Assembly: GCA_951406725.2 (NCBI GenBank)
Contig: OX597838.1
Location: forward strand, 16,368,001-16,432,000
Reading direction: 5' to 3'
DNA: 64,000 nucleotides
From: Octopus vulgaris
Taxonomy: Eukaryota
Below the pieces are notes generated by a model. The model did not search any database and was not told the DNA's origin. It saw nothing but the letters and a program-made list of their open reading frames with translations. Positions 51,553 through 64,000 of the stretch are shown piece by piece. The position numbers and the translations under genes are program-made. The first letter of the stretch is position 1; every line of letters starts with the position of its first letter.

Positions 51553-52097
51553 ACACCTATTATATAATGTCATTCTAAAAATAAACAATTACATCATTGA
51601 AATCTCTAAGCTGTGTGATAATACATGATTAACTGAAAAGAATGTGAATAAATAAGGATAATATCTGATAGAGCAATCTGAATGCTAAAGGGTTAATCTA
51701 AAATATAATCTTCCATCAAAATTTTATGCTAAATTATTGCAGATCCCAGCTTGATAATTAGGAAGTTATTTTACTAAATCCTTCATTCTTTTTTAAAATT
51801 AATTCAAACAAAGGCAACATATGTTAACAAAAATATGGTAACAAAAGGGTTAACACCAACCCCACCCAAACTGCTTCTATTTAAGTGTTCAAATTTAAAA
51901 CCAAACCTTAGGCTAAAATCTCATCAATACATGAAATGTAATATATTTCAGCATATCTTAGTTGTCTTTTTTATTGACTCTGAAAAGATGAAAGGCAAAG
52001 ATGGCCTTAATGGAATTTGAACTCAGATCATAGAGAGTTGGAACAAATATTATTATAATGCAATTCACATTATTCTGTCAAAACTAAAGCTTATTTA

Positions 52098-52511
52098 CTC
52101 TTTTACTCTTTTACTTGTTTCAGTCATTTGACTGCGGCCATGCTGGAGCACCGCCTTTAGTCGAGCAAATCGACCTCGGGACTTATTCTTTGTAAGCCCA
52201 GTACTTATTCTATCAGTCTCTTTTGCCGAACCGCTAAGTGACGGGGACGTAAACACACCAGCATCGGTTGTCAAGCAATGCTAGGGGGACAAACACAGAC
52301 ACACAAACACACACACATACACATACATATACATATATGTACATATATACGACGGGCTTCTTTCAGTTTCCGTCTACCAAATCCACTCACAAGGCTTTGG
52401 TCGGCCCGGGGCTATAGCAGAAGACACTTGCCCAAGATGCCACGCAGTGGGACTGAACCCGGAACCATGTGGTTGGTTAGCAAGCTACTTACCACACAGC
52501 CACTCCTGCGC
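52098..52511 (-). mobile_element. SINE family S2, full length
   Basis: Near-consensus copy; TSD CTTATTTA; inserted in a MITE B remnant. Confidence 0.85.
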
Positions 52512-53444
52512 CTTATTTATTCACATTGTTTTCAAATTAATCATGCATTATCTTGTAGCTTTGAGATTTTGATGAGGTTAACTGTTATTGTTTTAAATGA
52601 TATTGTAGAGTAGTTGTGAGAGACCAGACCTGGCCAGTTTGAGCATAAAACAGGTAGAATATTTTGGCAGGATATGGCTGGGCTAAAGAGTTAATTAAAA
52701 TAGCCATCTGTGTATCATACTCAATGTACATACACTGTTGATGGTCAGGTTATTTTGGATTGTGTTTTAAGATAACATTTCTCATAGATTTGCTGCGTTA
52801 AAAACACAATAAATACCAGTAGGAGCCAGTGAGAGCACCATATGCATTTTGGCCCTTCTGTGGATTTTTCTATAGTGTCTACTTGCACCCAGCCACTTGG
52901 GCGGATGAAAATTCATCAGCTCTGAGAAAGGAAAAAGTAAATAAAAAAAATTAAAACGTTCACTGATAATGCAAATAGCTCTCGCTGGCTGCTGCTGAGA
53001 TGAAATTTTGTCTCTCTCTGATATTTACTGAGTTTTTAATGCAGCAAGTATTAAAAACATTTCCATAAGAGATGTTATCATTAGACATTTACTGCAGTAA
53101 CTGGCTGGTCAACAGTGTATACATTAAGTGTAATAGACAGATGGCCATGTTATCCATTAAGTTCAAAAAGGGCAGTGGATTGGAAACAAATTGCTTTGCA
53201 ATATCTGCTCTGGCTTTATGTTCTGAGACCAAATTCCACCAAGGTCAGCTTTGCCTTTCAGCTCTATGGGGGAATCAATAAAATAAAGTACCAATCAGTG
53301 CTTAACTTGGTCTTATTTTATTGACCCGGAAAGGATGAGAAGCAAAGTTAGTCTTGGTGGTATTTGAACAGAAAATGTAAAGAGCTGTAAAATATACAGC
53401 TAAGCATTTTGCCCAGTATGCTAACAATTCTGCTAGCTTACTGC

Positions 53445-53934
53445 GTTCAAATTCCGCCGAGGTCGACTTTGCCTTTCATCCTTTCGGGGTCGATAAATTA
53501 AGTACCAGTTATGCACTGGGGTCAATGATACTGACTAAGCCCCTCACCTCAAAATTCTGGCAGCGAGCTGGCAGAATCGTTAGCATGCCGGGCGAAATGC
53601 TTAGCGGCATTTCATCTGCTGTCACGTTCTGAGTTCACATTCCGCCGAGGTTGACTTTGCCTTTCATCTTTTCAGGGTCGATAAATTAAGTACCAGTTAT
53701 GCACTGGGATCAATGATACTGACTAACCCTCTCACCTCAAAATTCTGGCAGCGGAGTTTACATTCCGCTGAAGTTGACTTTGCCTTTCATCCTTTCGGGG
53801 TCGATAAATTAAGTACCAGTTACGCACTGGGGTTGATGTAATCGACTTAATCCCTTCGTCTGTCCTTGTTTGTCCCTTTGTCCCTTCTATGTTTAGCCCC
53901 TTGTGGGCAATAAAGAAATAAAAATTAAAAAAAT
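53445..53934 (+). mobile_element. Trimeric SINE S1 insertion
   Basis: Three successive S1 core units, one tail; 18-bp TSD ATTCTGCTAGCTTACTGC. Confidence 0.8.
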
Positions 53935-54217
53935 ATTCTGCTAGCTTACTGCCTTTGGTATTGAACCATAATGAAAAGGGAATTTAGCATCAGCTTCCAT
54001 CATCATCATCATCTTCATATTTATTTTAATTACCACTTTTCCATGCTTGCTGGCATCCAACAGAATATTATTGATGATAGTTTATTCTCAGAAAAGTGCG
54101 TCTCAGAATCTCAAAACAATGCAATGGAGTTGGGTGAGGAGATAGACAGAGAGACATAGAGAAAGATGACTGACCAAATTCCAGTCAAATTTAAACAGCA
54201 TCCCAGCTACTTGGCTC

Positions 54218-54643
54218 ATCATCATCATCATGATCATTATCGTTTAACGTCCGCTTTCCATGCTGGCATGAGTTGGACGGTTTGACTGTGGGCTGGCGAA
54301 CCAGATGACTGCACCAAGCTCCAGTCTTGATCTGGCAGAGTTTCTACAGCTGGATGCCCTTCCTAACGCCAACCACTCCGCGAGTGTAGTGGGTGCTTTT
54401 ACATGCCACCGGCACGGGGGCCAGTCAGGCGGTACTGGCAATGACCTGGCTCGAATCTTTTTACACGTGCCACTGGCACAGGTGACAGTGAAACGACGTT
54501 GGTAATGATCACACTCGAATGGTGCCCTTGTACGTGCCACAGGTACAGAAGCCAGTTGGCTGCTCTGGCAACGATCACGCTCGGATGGTGGGGTATGGAA
54601 GCCAGTTGGCTGCTCTGGCAACGATCATGCTCGGATGGTGCTC
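54218..54643 (-). mobile_element. RTE-LINE 3' end (family R variant)
   Basis: Family R motif with a different upstream UTR containing an internal repeat. Confidence 0.75.
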
Positions 54644-54820
54644 TTATAAAAGGCAGGCAGTTTACGTGGGTCAAAAAGCAGTTGCATGGTAATGTAATAA
54701 ACTGGGATTCATTTGATTAATGTTCAGCAGGAATTTGAGAAACTGAACCATATTATAGTGACAACCACACCAGATATGTAAATGTTCTGAGAATGTATAG
54801 CTAGTAGGAGGCCATGAGTC

Positions 54821-55207
54821 GGATCTTTTCCCTTTGAACGGCAGATCGAGAAATTATTTTTTTGTAACTAAACACTTTCAGACTTCGGACACTGGTAGAA
54901 TGTGTCATATAAAACATCTTTTACTCTTAGCGTTGTTGAGAAAAGTTTATATTTTCAAAATTATTTTGTGTTAAAGTTGTCGTATTTCGGTACTTTCCAC
55001 CAATCAATGACGTGTATTCAGCTGAATTAAAATTACTGCCGTTGTTTGTCAACAACAACTATTGGTGGTGTATATTTTGTTTGTCACTGTTATTTATGAC
55101 ATCATTCATGCGTTTGTACTGGTTTTAGCTAGAAGGTTTTAGGGTTAGGGTTAGGGTTTTAGTGTTAGGTTTTTAGGGTTAGGGTTAGGGTTTTAGGGTT
55201 AGGGTTA
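54821..55207 (+). mobile_element. Dispersed element with (TTAGGG)n-like 3' tract
   Basis: Flanked by direct repeat GAG[G/A]CCATGAGTC at 54808-54820 and 55208-55220. Confidence 0.75.
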
Positions 55208-55920
55208 GAGACCATGAGTCTAATCTTTAGCAACAATGGAAACAATTTGGAACATGTTTCTATCTTAGTAAACCTCAACAGCAAAGCATAACACACTTAT
55301 ACTTGGGAAATTTTCCAGTGTTGTAAGTAATAGATCTTTGCTTGACATTTGAAACCAGAACTCATTTTTTTCATACCAGAGTCTTTAAAATGGACTGATG
55401 GTGTTATCAAGAAGCTGGTTATTCATTTTCTTGAATAGACATCAAAACTGACAGATTGATGTCAGTATAAAAACTGACCATTTAAAATTCACAAATGCAC
55501 TTGATGACATCACCAGGAAGCTTAACCCATGCTAACGCTGTCCGTGGCAATCAGTCAACTTCAATATAAAAAATCTTTCAAGAATGCAAAGACAAAAGAA
55601 CAGGACAGACAGAGAGTAGGATAGACAAAGAGGAACAAAGAACAAGAACACATATCAAGCATTACATCTGCTATTAATCACGTATCAGTTGTTTGATGTG
55701 ACAGATTTGTCGAATATGAAGAGCTTCAACATTGAAAAGAGCTGAGATGCTTCAAACTTGAGCACTACCCAATGGCAGATGACACTTACATTCCACTCAC
55801 TCACTCACTCACTCTCTCTCTCTCTCTCTCTCTCTCCCTTTCCCCCTCTCCCTCTGTCTAGCTATCTCTTTCTCTCGTGCTCTCACTGTATCTAAAGTCC
55901 ACAACCACACCGCTTTATCG

Positions 55921-56330
55921 CTCTTTTACTCTTTTACTTGTTTCAGTCATTTTGACCGCGGCCATGCTTGAGCGCCGCCTTTCGTCAAGAAAATCGCCCC
56001 CCACCCAGGACATATTCTTTGTAAGCTTAGTACTTATTCTAATGGTCTCTTTTTTGCTGAACCGCTAAGTTACGGGGACATAAACACACCTGCATCGGTT
56101 GTCAAGCGATGTTGGTGGGGAGAACAAACACAGACACACAAACACACACACACACACAGATATATATACATATATATGACCGGCTTCTTTCAGTTTCTGT
56201 CTACCAAATCCACTCATAAGGCTTTGGTTGGCCCGAAGCTATAGTAGAAGACACTTGCTCAAGGTGCCACGCAGTGGGACTGAACCCAGAACCATGTGGC
56301 TGGTAAGCAAGCTACTTACCACACAGCCAC
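55921..56330 (-). mobile_element. SINE family S2
   Basis: Homology to other S2 copies. Confidence 0.85.
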
Positions 56331-56384
56331 TTAAAAAGAACTTTCACTTTATGTACTTCCCAATTGGACCATCATGTCTAATTC

Positions 56385-56838
56385 AATCACTTAACAACAA
56401 ACATTGACCTCCTGGAATCTGTTCAGAGACGTGCAACCAAACGCATACTCTCCATCAGACACCTACCATATTCTGAGCGCCTTGTTTCCCTGGGCATGGA
56501 TTCACTGAAGCTCCAGCATCTGGCGACGGACTTGGTGAACACCCACAAAGTTATCAACCACCTCACCAACAACAACACTGAACACCTTTTTGATCTCCAT
56601 GTGTCCAAAACACGTGGACATGCCTACAAAGTCAGAAAACAACACAGCTCCCATGACTTTCGGAAACATTTTTTCACGCTCAGAGTTGCTGAAGCATGGA
56701 ATAAACTGCCTGCATCAGTTGTTGACTGCCATGACACTGCATCCTTTAAGGCCCTCATGCTTTCCGAAATCCGCCGAAACTACACCTGATTATATATACG
56801 CTTTAGATGAGTTGTAGTGCACCTGAGCACTGTACACA

Positions 56839-56870
<32 letters not shown>
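56385..56870 (+). pseudogene. CR1-clade LINE 3' end with (ATT)n tail
   Basis: IDLLESVQRRATK...YSERL...TRGHAYKV...RKHFFTLRVAEAWNKLP. Confidence 0.9.
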
Positions 56871-56871
<1 letters not shown>

Positions 56872-57351
56872 AACACATGAAGACATATAAAAAAGACCTC
56901 AACATCTCTTTTATTCTTCAATTTATGTTATTATTAAAACATTATTGTAAGTTGCTTAAATGCTGTAATATTTTCAGACAAAATACCGAATCTATTAGCT
57001 GTGCTGATGTTTCATCAACTCACAGCTGACTATGATTTATTGAAGGTGTCCATCCCCATTCCTATAAGAAATTTTGATAGGCAGAACAAAAACTACTTTC
57101 AGGCCTCTGTGAGGGTGAGTAAGGGCTGCTCTCAAAATTCAAGAGTGTTGTGAAGTTATTTGTATTATAAATTTACGGTAAAAATATTTCTTTACCTTCA
57201 CCCGTTTAATACAATAAATGAGTTAATTGCATTGCAATTAAAAACATTTATGTATTAAGAATCTGGGTACTTTACCAACAGTATATTGGATAAATACTAT
57301 CCCATAGTGGGTTACACCAATAACCCCTATCTTACTTTGTACTATATATAT

Positions 57352-57535
57352 AGTGAGAATTTATGAAAAAAATAAAAGACGAAGATGGGTGTCTAAACAA
57401 AAAACAGATGTATTAGTTTAACGCTCAGGAAGTGAGAAAGTCTTTTACATTTTGAGCCTATGCTCTTCTACAGAAAGGGACTCAGAAAGAAACAAGGAGA
57501 GAAAATAAAAAGGTTTAGTGGCTAGCAATCTACCA
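57352..57535 (-). mobile_element. Penelope-like pLTR fragment (family H5), decayed
   Basis: Homologous to 15915-16100; HHR-like motif mutated at 57441-57478. Confidence 0.45.
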
Positions 57536-57560
57536 TTACATACATATCTACATATATATA

Positions 57561-58062
<502 letters not shown>

Positions 58063-58074
58063 ATATATCTATCA

Positions 58075-58576
<502 letters not shown>

Positions 58577-59634
58577 CAATAATAACTTCTGTGTTTTAAG
58601 AATCTACAAAATATGAATATTTGTTTCTCAATAATGGCTGGACCAGCCATTTTGAAGAACTAAGACTACATGCTCATTTGCATACACATGCATTACATAT
58701 CATCATCTCTTCAATTCACAATCAATTCACCAAGTTGACTGTGCCATCTTTATTAGAGAAACTATTTTTAGACATGATTTGGGCAAATAAAGCTGGACTG
58801 TTTAAGAAACAAGAGAAAAAAAAAAGAATTGATATAATACGAATATAAATCTTCGGCATATATTTCGCAATTTTCACTGAATTACTATTATGATATTCAG
58901 TAAACAAGAAGGAAAAAAATCAGTTAATAAAAATAGTCAATCTCTAATAACTATGGAAGTCCATAATAAATACAAATTCACATACACACACAAGATATTC
59001 TTAACATATTTATTTCTCGGCTAATGCAATTTTGAACAGACGAATCAACTTGAGACATAGATTATTTATTATTAATTTTCCTTATTAAAGAATATAATCA
59101 ATTAATTTCAAAGATATTATTTACTTTGATTTATCAAAGGATATTTAATTATTATATCTTCTCTATATCATCCCCTTTTATTAATTATCTCAATTGCATT
59201 TCTTAATTAAAATTAATAACTTGTTTGGACTAGGCACGAACTGACAAGGGAGTGGGGTACAGTTAACCGAAACTCGGTATACCTCAGCATATAACTGGTA
59301 CTGATTTTGTAGATTCCAACAGAGGAATGAACGATGGAAAAAAATCAATGATGAGGGGGAAGAAAGGAAACAGAAATTCCTGTGGAACCTGAAGACAAAT
59401 TAAATACTATTATTGGAAAATTTCTCAGGGGTTCCATTTGCATGAGGAACACAAAGTTATATGTAATGGAACGTAAATGGCATTGAAGATCACTGGTTTT
59501 GGGGATGGAGACAGCTAAGGTCATGTGTATGACCTCCTTCTTCCAGACTCAAGAAGTTAAGAAAAAAATAAATAAACTCGATAGAATAAATAAAGATTCC
59601 AGTCAGGTTTTCAACCAGTTACTTCAATTCATGA

Positions 59635-59660
59635 TCATCATCATCATCACCACCACCACC

Positions 59661-59754
<94 letters not shown>

Positions 59755-60560
59755 CCATCATTATCGTTGTCGTTGTCGTCATCAATACTACCATCAATAC
59801 TACCACCACCACCACCACTACCATCACCATCACAACCACCGCTACCAACACCACCCTCACCATCATCACCACTACTACCACCACCAATACCACTACTAAC
59901 CACAACACTGTCATCAGCAGCAGTAGCACCACTACTACCACTACTATCATTACTGCAGCCACTGCTGTCGTTGTTGTTATTGTCACCAACATTGTAGTCA
60001 TCATCATCATCATCATCATCATCATGACCATCACCATCATCATTATCAGCAACATCACCACTACTACCACCACAAGACCACCATCACCATTACCACCACC
60101 ACCACCACCACCGCTGCCACCACCACAAGACCACCACCACCACCACAACAACCACCACCACTACCACTATCCCATCACTGCCACACCATTACCACCACCA
60201 CCACAATACCACCACCACCACCACAAGACCACCAACAACACTACAACCACTACCACCACAACCACCTCCACTACCACTACCAAAACCACCAACAGCGCCG
60301 CCACCACCACCACTACCACTATCACCATCACTACCATCGCCGCCACCACCACTAGCACTATCCCATCACTGCCACACCATTACCACTACCACCACAATAC
60401 CACCACCACCACCACCACCACAAGACCACCTCCACTACCACTACCAAAACCACCAACAGCGCCGCCGCCGCCACCACCACTACCACTATCACCATCACTA
60501 CCATCGCCACCACCAGCACAACAAGACCACCACCAGCCCCCCCACGACCATCATCATTAT
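59635..60560. repeat. (CAT)/(CAC) degenerate trinucleotide satellite
   Basis: Direct reading; internal ~190-bp duplication (near 60165 and 60356). Confidence 0.9.
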
Positions 60561-61586
60561 CGTTACTCAAAAGTTCATTTACATATGCTGACCTGAGTCG
60601 GCCATCTATTATTTATAGTCTGGCATGACACAAGAAAAATTCTATATTTTCTTTGCTTCGCTCTCACCATCTCTTTTCACGTCTTCTTCCTTGCATTTTT
60701 CTCTGTTCTGTCTGATAACACAATCCACTGACGATGCTTTGTCTTCCAGCAGGTGTCATCATCCGTACACATTTGAATCATAGCCATAAAAGCACACATC
60801 AGCTTCTTCGGTACATATCAGATAATGGCTAGCCAATTTGCTTATCTCACATCATGCATTCTGCCTTCCATGTAAGCTACTTACAGATATCAACTCATAC
60901 CTATATATATATATACGTATATATATATTAATAAATAAAATAAAACATATGCATATATATAAACATATATGTACGTGCCTACCTCTACATGTACATATAC
61001 ACGCATATATGAGTACAGGACACCAAAAGGACGTCGAATACAATGAGAAACGAAAACATAGACACAAACCAAAGGAACTGGACATTTTTTTAAAAACAAC
61101 AAAAACATAGAGTACAGGACAATTAACACAAAGAAAAAAAGAAAAAACCCCTTACACACACACACATACATATATACATACATACATACAAACATACAAA
61201 CATACATACATACATACATGCATACATACATGCATACATACATGCATAGATACATACATACATACATACATACATGCATACATACATACATACATACATA
61301 CATACATACATACATACATACATACATACATACATACATGCAAGCATATATAATATGTAATTGAACAAATCTGTCCAACGAATGGGAATGTGAAACTCTG
61401 AGTAACAGTGGCACGTAAAAGCACCCACTACACTCTCGGAGTGGTTGGCGTTAGGAAGGGCATCCAGCCATAGAAAACCCTGGCAAATCAGACTGGATCC
61501 TGGCGCAGCCTCCAGCGTGCCAGCCCAGTTAGACCGTTCAACGCATGCCTGCATGGACAACAAATGTTAAATTATGATGATGATTA

Positions 61587-61627
<41 letters not shown>

Positions 61628-61898
61628 TGTGTGTGTGTCTTTGTGAATATATTTGTCCCCCACCATTGTTTGACAATATTAGTGTGTTTACAACTCTGTA
61701 ACTTAGCAGTTTGACAAAGAAACCGATAGAATAAGTACCAGGCTTTACAAAACTTATTTACAAAATAGGTTCTAAGGTTGATTTGTTTGAGCAAAATTCT
61801 TGAAGGTGGTGTCCCAACATGCCCACAGTCTAAGTAAAAGATAAAAGGTAATATAGATGTGTGTATATATATATATGTATATGTATATGTATATATGT

Positions 61899-62128
61899 AT
61901 TTCTTTACTACCCACAAGGGGCTAAACACAGAGGGGACAAACAAGGACAGACAAAGGGATTAAGTCGACTACATCGACCCCAGTGCGTAACTGGTACTTA
62001 ATTTATCGACCCCGAAAGGATGAAAGGCAAAGTCGACCTCGGCGGAATTTGAACTTGGAACGTAATGACAGACGAAATACGGCTACGAATTTCGCCCGGC
62101 GTGCTAACGTTTCTACCAGCTCGCCGCC
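61899..62128 (-). mobile_element. SINE family S1
   Basis: Near-consensus full-length copy. Confidence 0.85.
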
Positions 62129-62149
62129 TTAAGATATGTATATATGTAT

Positions 62150-62182
<33 letters not shown>

Positions 62183-62503
62183 TACACACAGAAATGAATT
62201 GCCTGATAGCTTTTGGGGTTTTTTTCCTGGTGTCAGATGCTGCAGTGAAGAGATACCAAGATCGTAGTTCAGATGAAAAGAATATATTTTTGTGCTTTGT
62301 GTTTTTATTCTCCGTTGTTTTGTTTTATCAAATTTTTTTAGCCCCCAAAAATGTTCACCTTTCATGTTTTTTCTTACATTTTGATTTTCTCCTTCAATTA
62401 GTTCAGCATCACCATTCTTCCAATAATTTCTTCCTTATGCATCAACTTTCACTTTTGTCTTTTAATTACCAATGATCTACAACTCTTTTGATCTTGATCT
62501 TAA

Positions 62504-62724
62504 CCCTTTCGTTACTGTATTTATTTTGAGATGCTCTGTGTTTCTTTCAATTACTTTAAATATAACAAAGAATTTAGTAAAATAACTTAGTTATCATTAA
62601 GCTAGTGTTAGGAACATAAATTGTGACTAAGGTTTGGTGGAAGATTTTAATTCAAAACTTATGAAAACAAGACATTTGTACTACAGAGCCAGAGCCGGTT
62701 TCAGTCGGGTTGGTAACGAAAGGG
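62504..62724. mobile_element. piggyBac-type MITE family A, intact
   Basis: TTAA|CCCTTTCGTTAC...GTAACGAAAGGG|TTAA; perfect 12-bp TIRs. Confidence 0.9.
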
Positions 62725-63019
62725 TTAATCTTTTAAATTCTTATTCTTTACTTGTTTCTGTCATTTGACCATGGCCTTGCTGGGGCACCACTTTGAAATG
62801 GTTTTAGTCGAATAAATCAACCCAGGGACTTTTTTTTATTTCGTTAAGCCTAGCACTTATTCCATCAAACTCCTTTTGCTGAACTGCTAAGTTACAGGGG
62901 ATACAACCACACCAACACCAGTTGTCAAGTGGTGGTAGAGGACAAACACAGATACAAAGATGTACACGCATAGCTGTATACATTATTTATGTATGTGTAG
63001 GAAGTGAGGTTGGCACTGG

Positions 63020-63614
63020 ATACGCCCTTAAATATGGTTTCTGATTACAAATATCTCGGGTCATACATATCATCATCTGGAAAAGATTTTCTAACTAGAA
63101 AGGGTATGGCCTGGTCAGCCTGTAATGACATGCATAAGATCTGGTCATCAAATCTAAGTAAAGATTTCAAACTTGAAATCTTCAAAGCCACAGTTGAACC
63201 AATTCTTCTATATGGCTCAGAAACCTGGACGTTATCAAAGAAGCTTGAGAGGCGGTTGGATGGAACCTACACTTGCCTCCTTATGAGAACTCAAAATCTC
63301 TCGTGGAAGTGTCATCCAACCAAAATGCAAATATATGGGAAACTACCACCTGTGTCATCTCTTGTGAAAGGTAGGAGAGTCCAGTTTGCTGGACATTGTT
63401 GTAGAGCTGAAAATGAGGTAATTTCTATTCTTCTCCTCTGAGAGCCATCTACTCGCAATACCAGAGAGCGCACACTCTCCTACTCTGATGTAATCTCCAG
63501 GGATACAGGCATCCAGCAACAGGACCTCTGTAATGCTATAATGGACCGTGAAGTCTGGCATAGCATGGTAAATACCATTGTCTCGACCACGATTGAACAA
63601 TGATGATGATGATG
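63020..63614 (+). pseudogene. 5'-truncated RTE-type LINE with (TGA)n tail
   Basis: DYKYLGSYI...FKATVEPILLYGSETWTL...RRLDGTYT...QFAGHC; in-frame stop. Confidence 0.88.
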
Positions 63615-64000
63615 GGTGGGTGCCTCACAATTCCTTACATAGTCGTGGAAAGGAAAATAGTGGGAACAAGAATCTCCGAACAAATAACAATAATAATTTA
63701 TTTCACCCGAATAAACATTTTCATCTCTGGACATCAGTAGCCTGGACGCCTTGGTGTGTGAGAAGCAGCAGGGGTGGTAGTTAGACACAAAAATATGAAG
63801 GCATTTTCACAGACTCGCCGCCAGAATGCCAGCTCCACGGAGCTGGTCTAAGTTGCATCCTGTCTGGTCAGAAGCTGGGGCCGAAGAGAGAGAGAATGGC
63901 GTTCAAGCCTAGCTGCAGTTGATGACTGCGCATGCGCATAAGGGGCTTCTGGCAGGCCTTCCGGAAGGCTCTAATCCCTGCACATGTGTGGATGAAAATC

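Larger units (their letters stand above)
50683..51849. mobile_element. Nested cluster: MITE A containing a SINE and a MITE B (51154-51692) that itself contains a SINE
   Basis: TTAA-CCCT...AGGG-TTAA termini at both levels; TSDs around both SINEs. Confidence 0.75.

Noticed and set aside
55130-55207. True telomere or chromosome-fusion scar
   Set aside because: Short, degenerate and attached to a dispersed repeat present twice in the window
59499-60596. 365-aa Thr/Ile/Pro/His-rich mucin-like ORF
   Set aside because: Degenerate (CAT)/(CAC) satellite with no non-repetitive domain
60725-60765. CTGACGA-TGC...GCA as a hammerhead
   Set aside because: GAAA half of the core is absent

Overview
AT-rich, repeat-saturated eukaryotic DNA, not prokaryotic. 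The SINE/MITE/LINE set and the very large TA/CA microsatellites suggest a coleoid cephalopod, probably Octopus (inference). No intact protein-coding ORF is present; the long ORFs in the track are microsatellite artefacts. The window holds degenerate LINEs (CR1, RTE/BovB-like), Tc1/mariner remnants, TTAA (piggyBac-type) MITEs, a non-autonomous Helitron, several tRNA-derived SINE families, minisatellites and possible spliced (micro)exons of a minus-strand host gene. Main discovery: at least four sequence-unrelated families of small type I hammerhead ribozyme (HHR) motifs, plus a fifth degenerate family. Three sit in fold-back palindromes or inverted repeats (30668-31504, 32820-32985, 36364-36580), all lie in or near (TA)n tracts, and four cluster in 27.7-36.6 kb. 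This matches Penelope-like pseudo-LTR / retrozyme-type elements. All folds and coordinates were read by eye.
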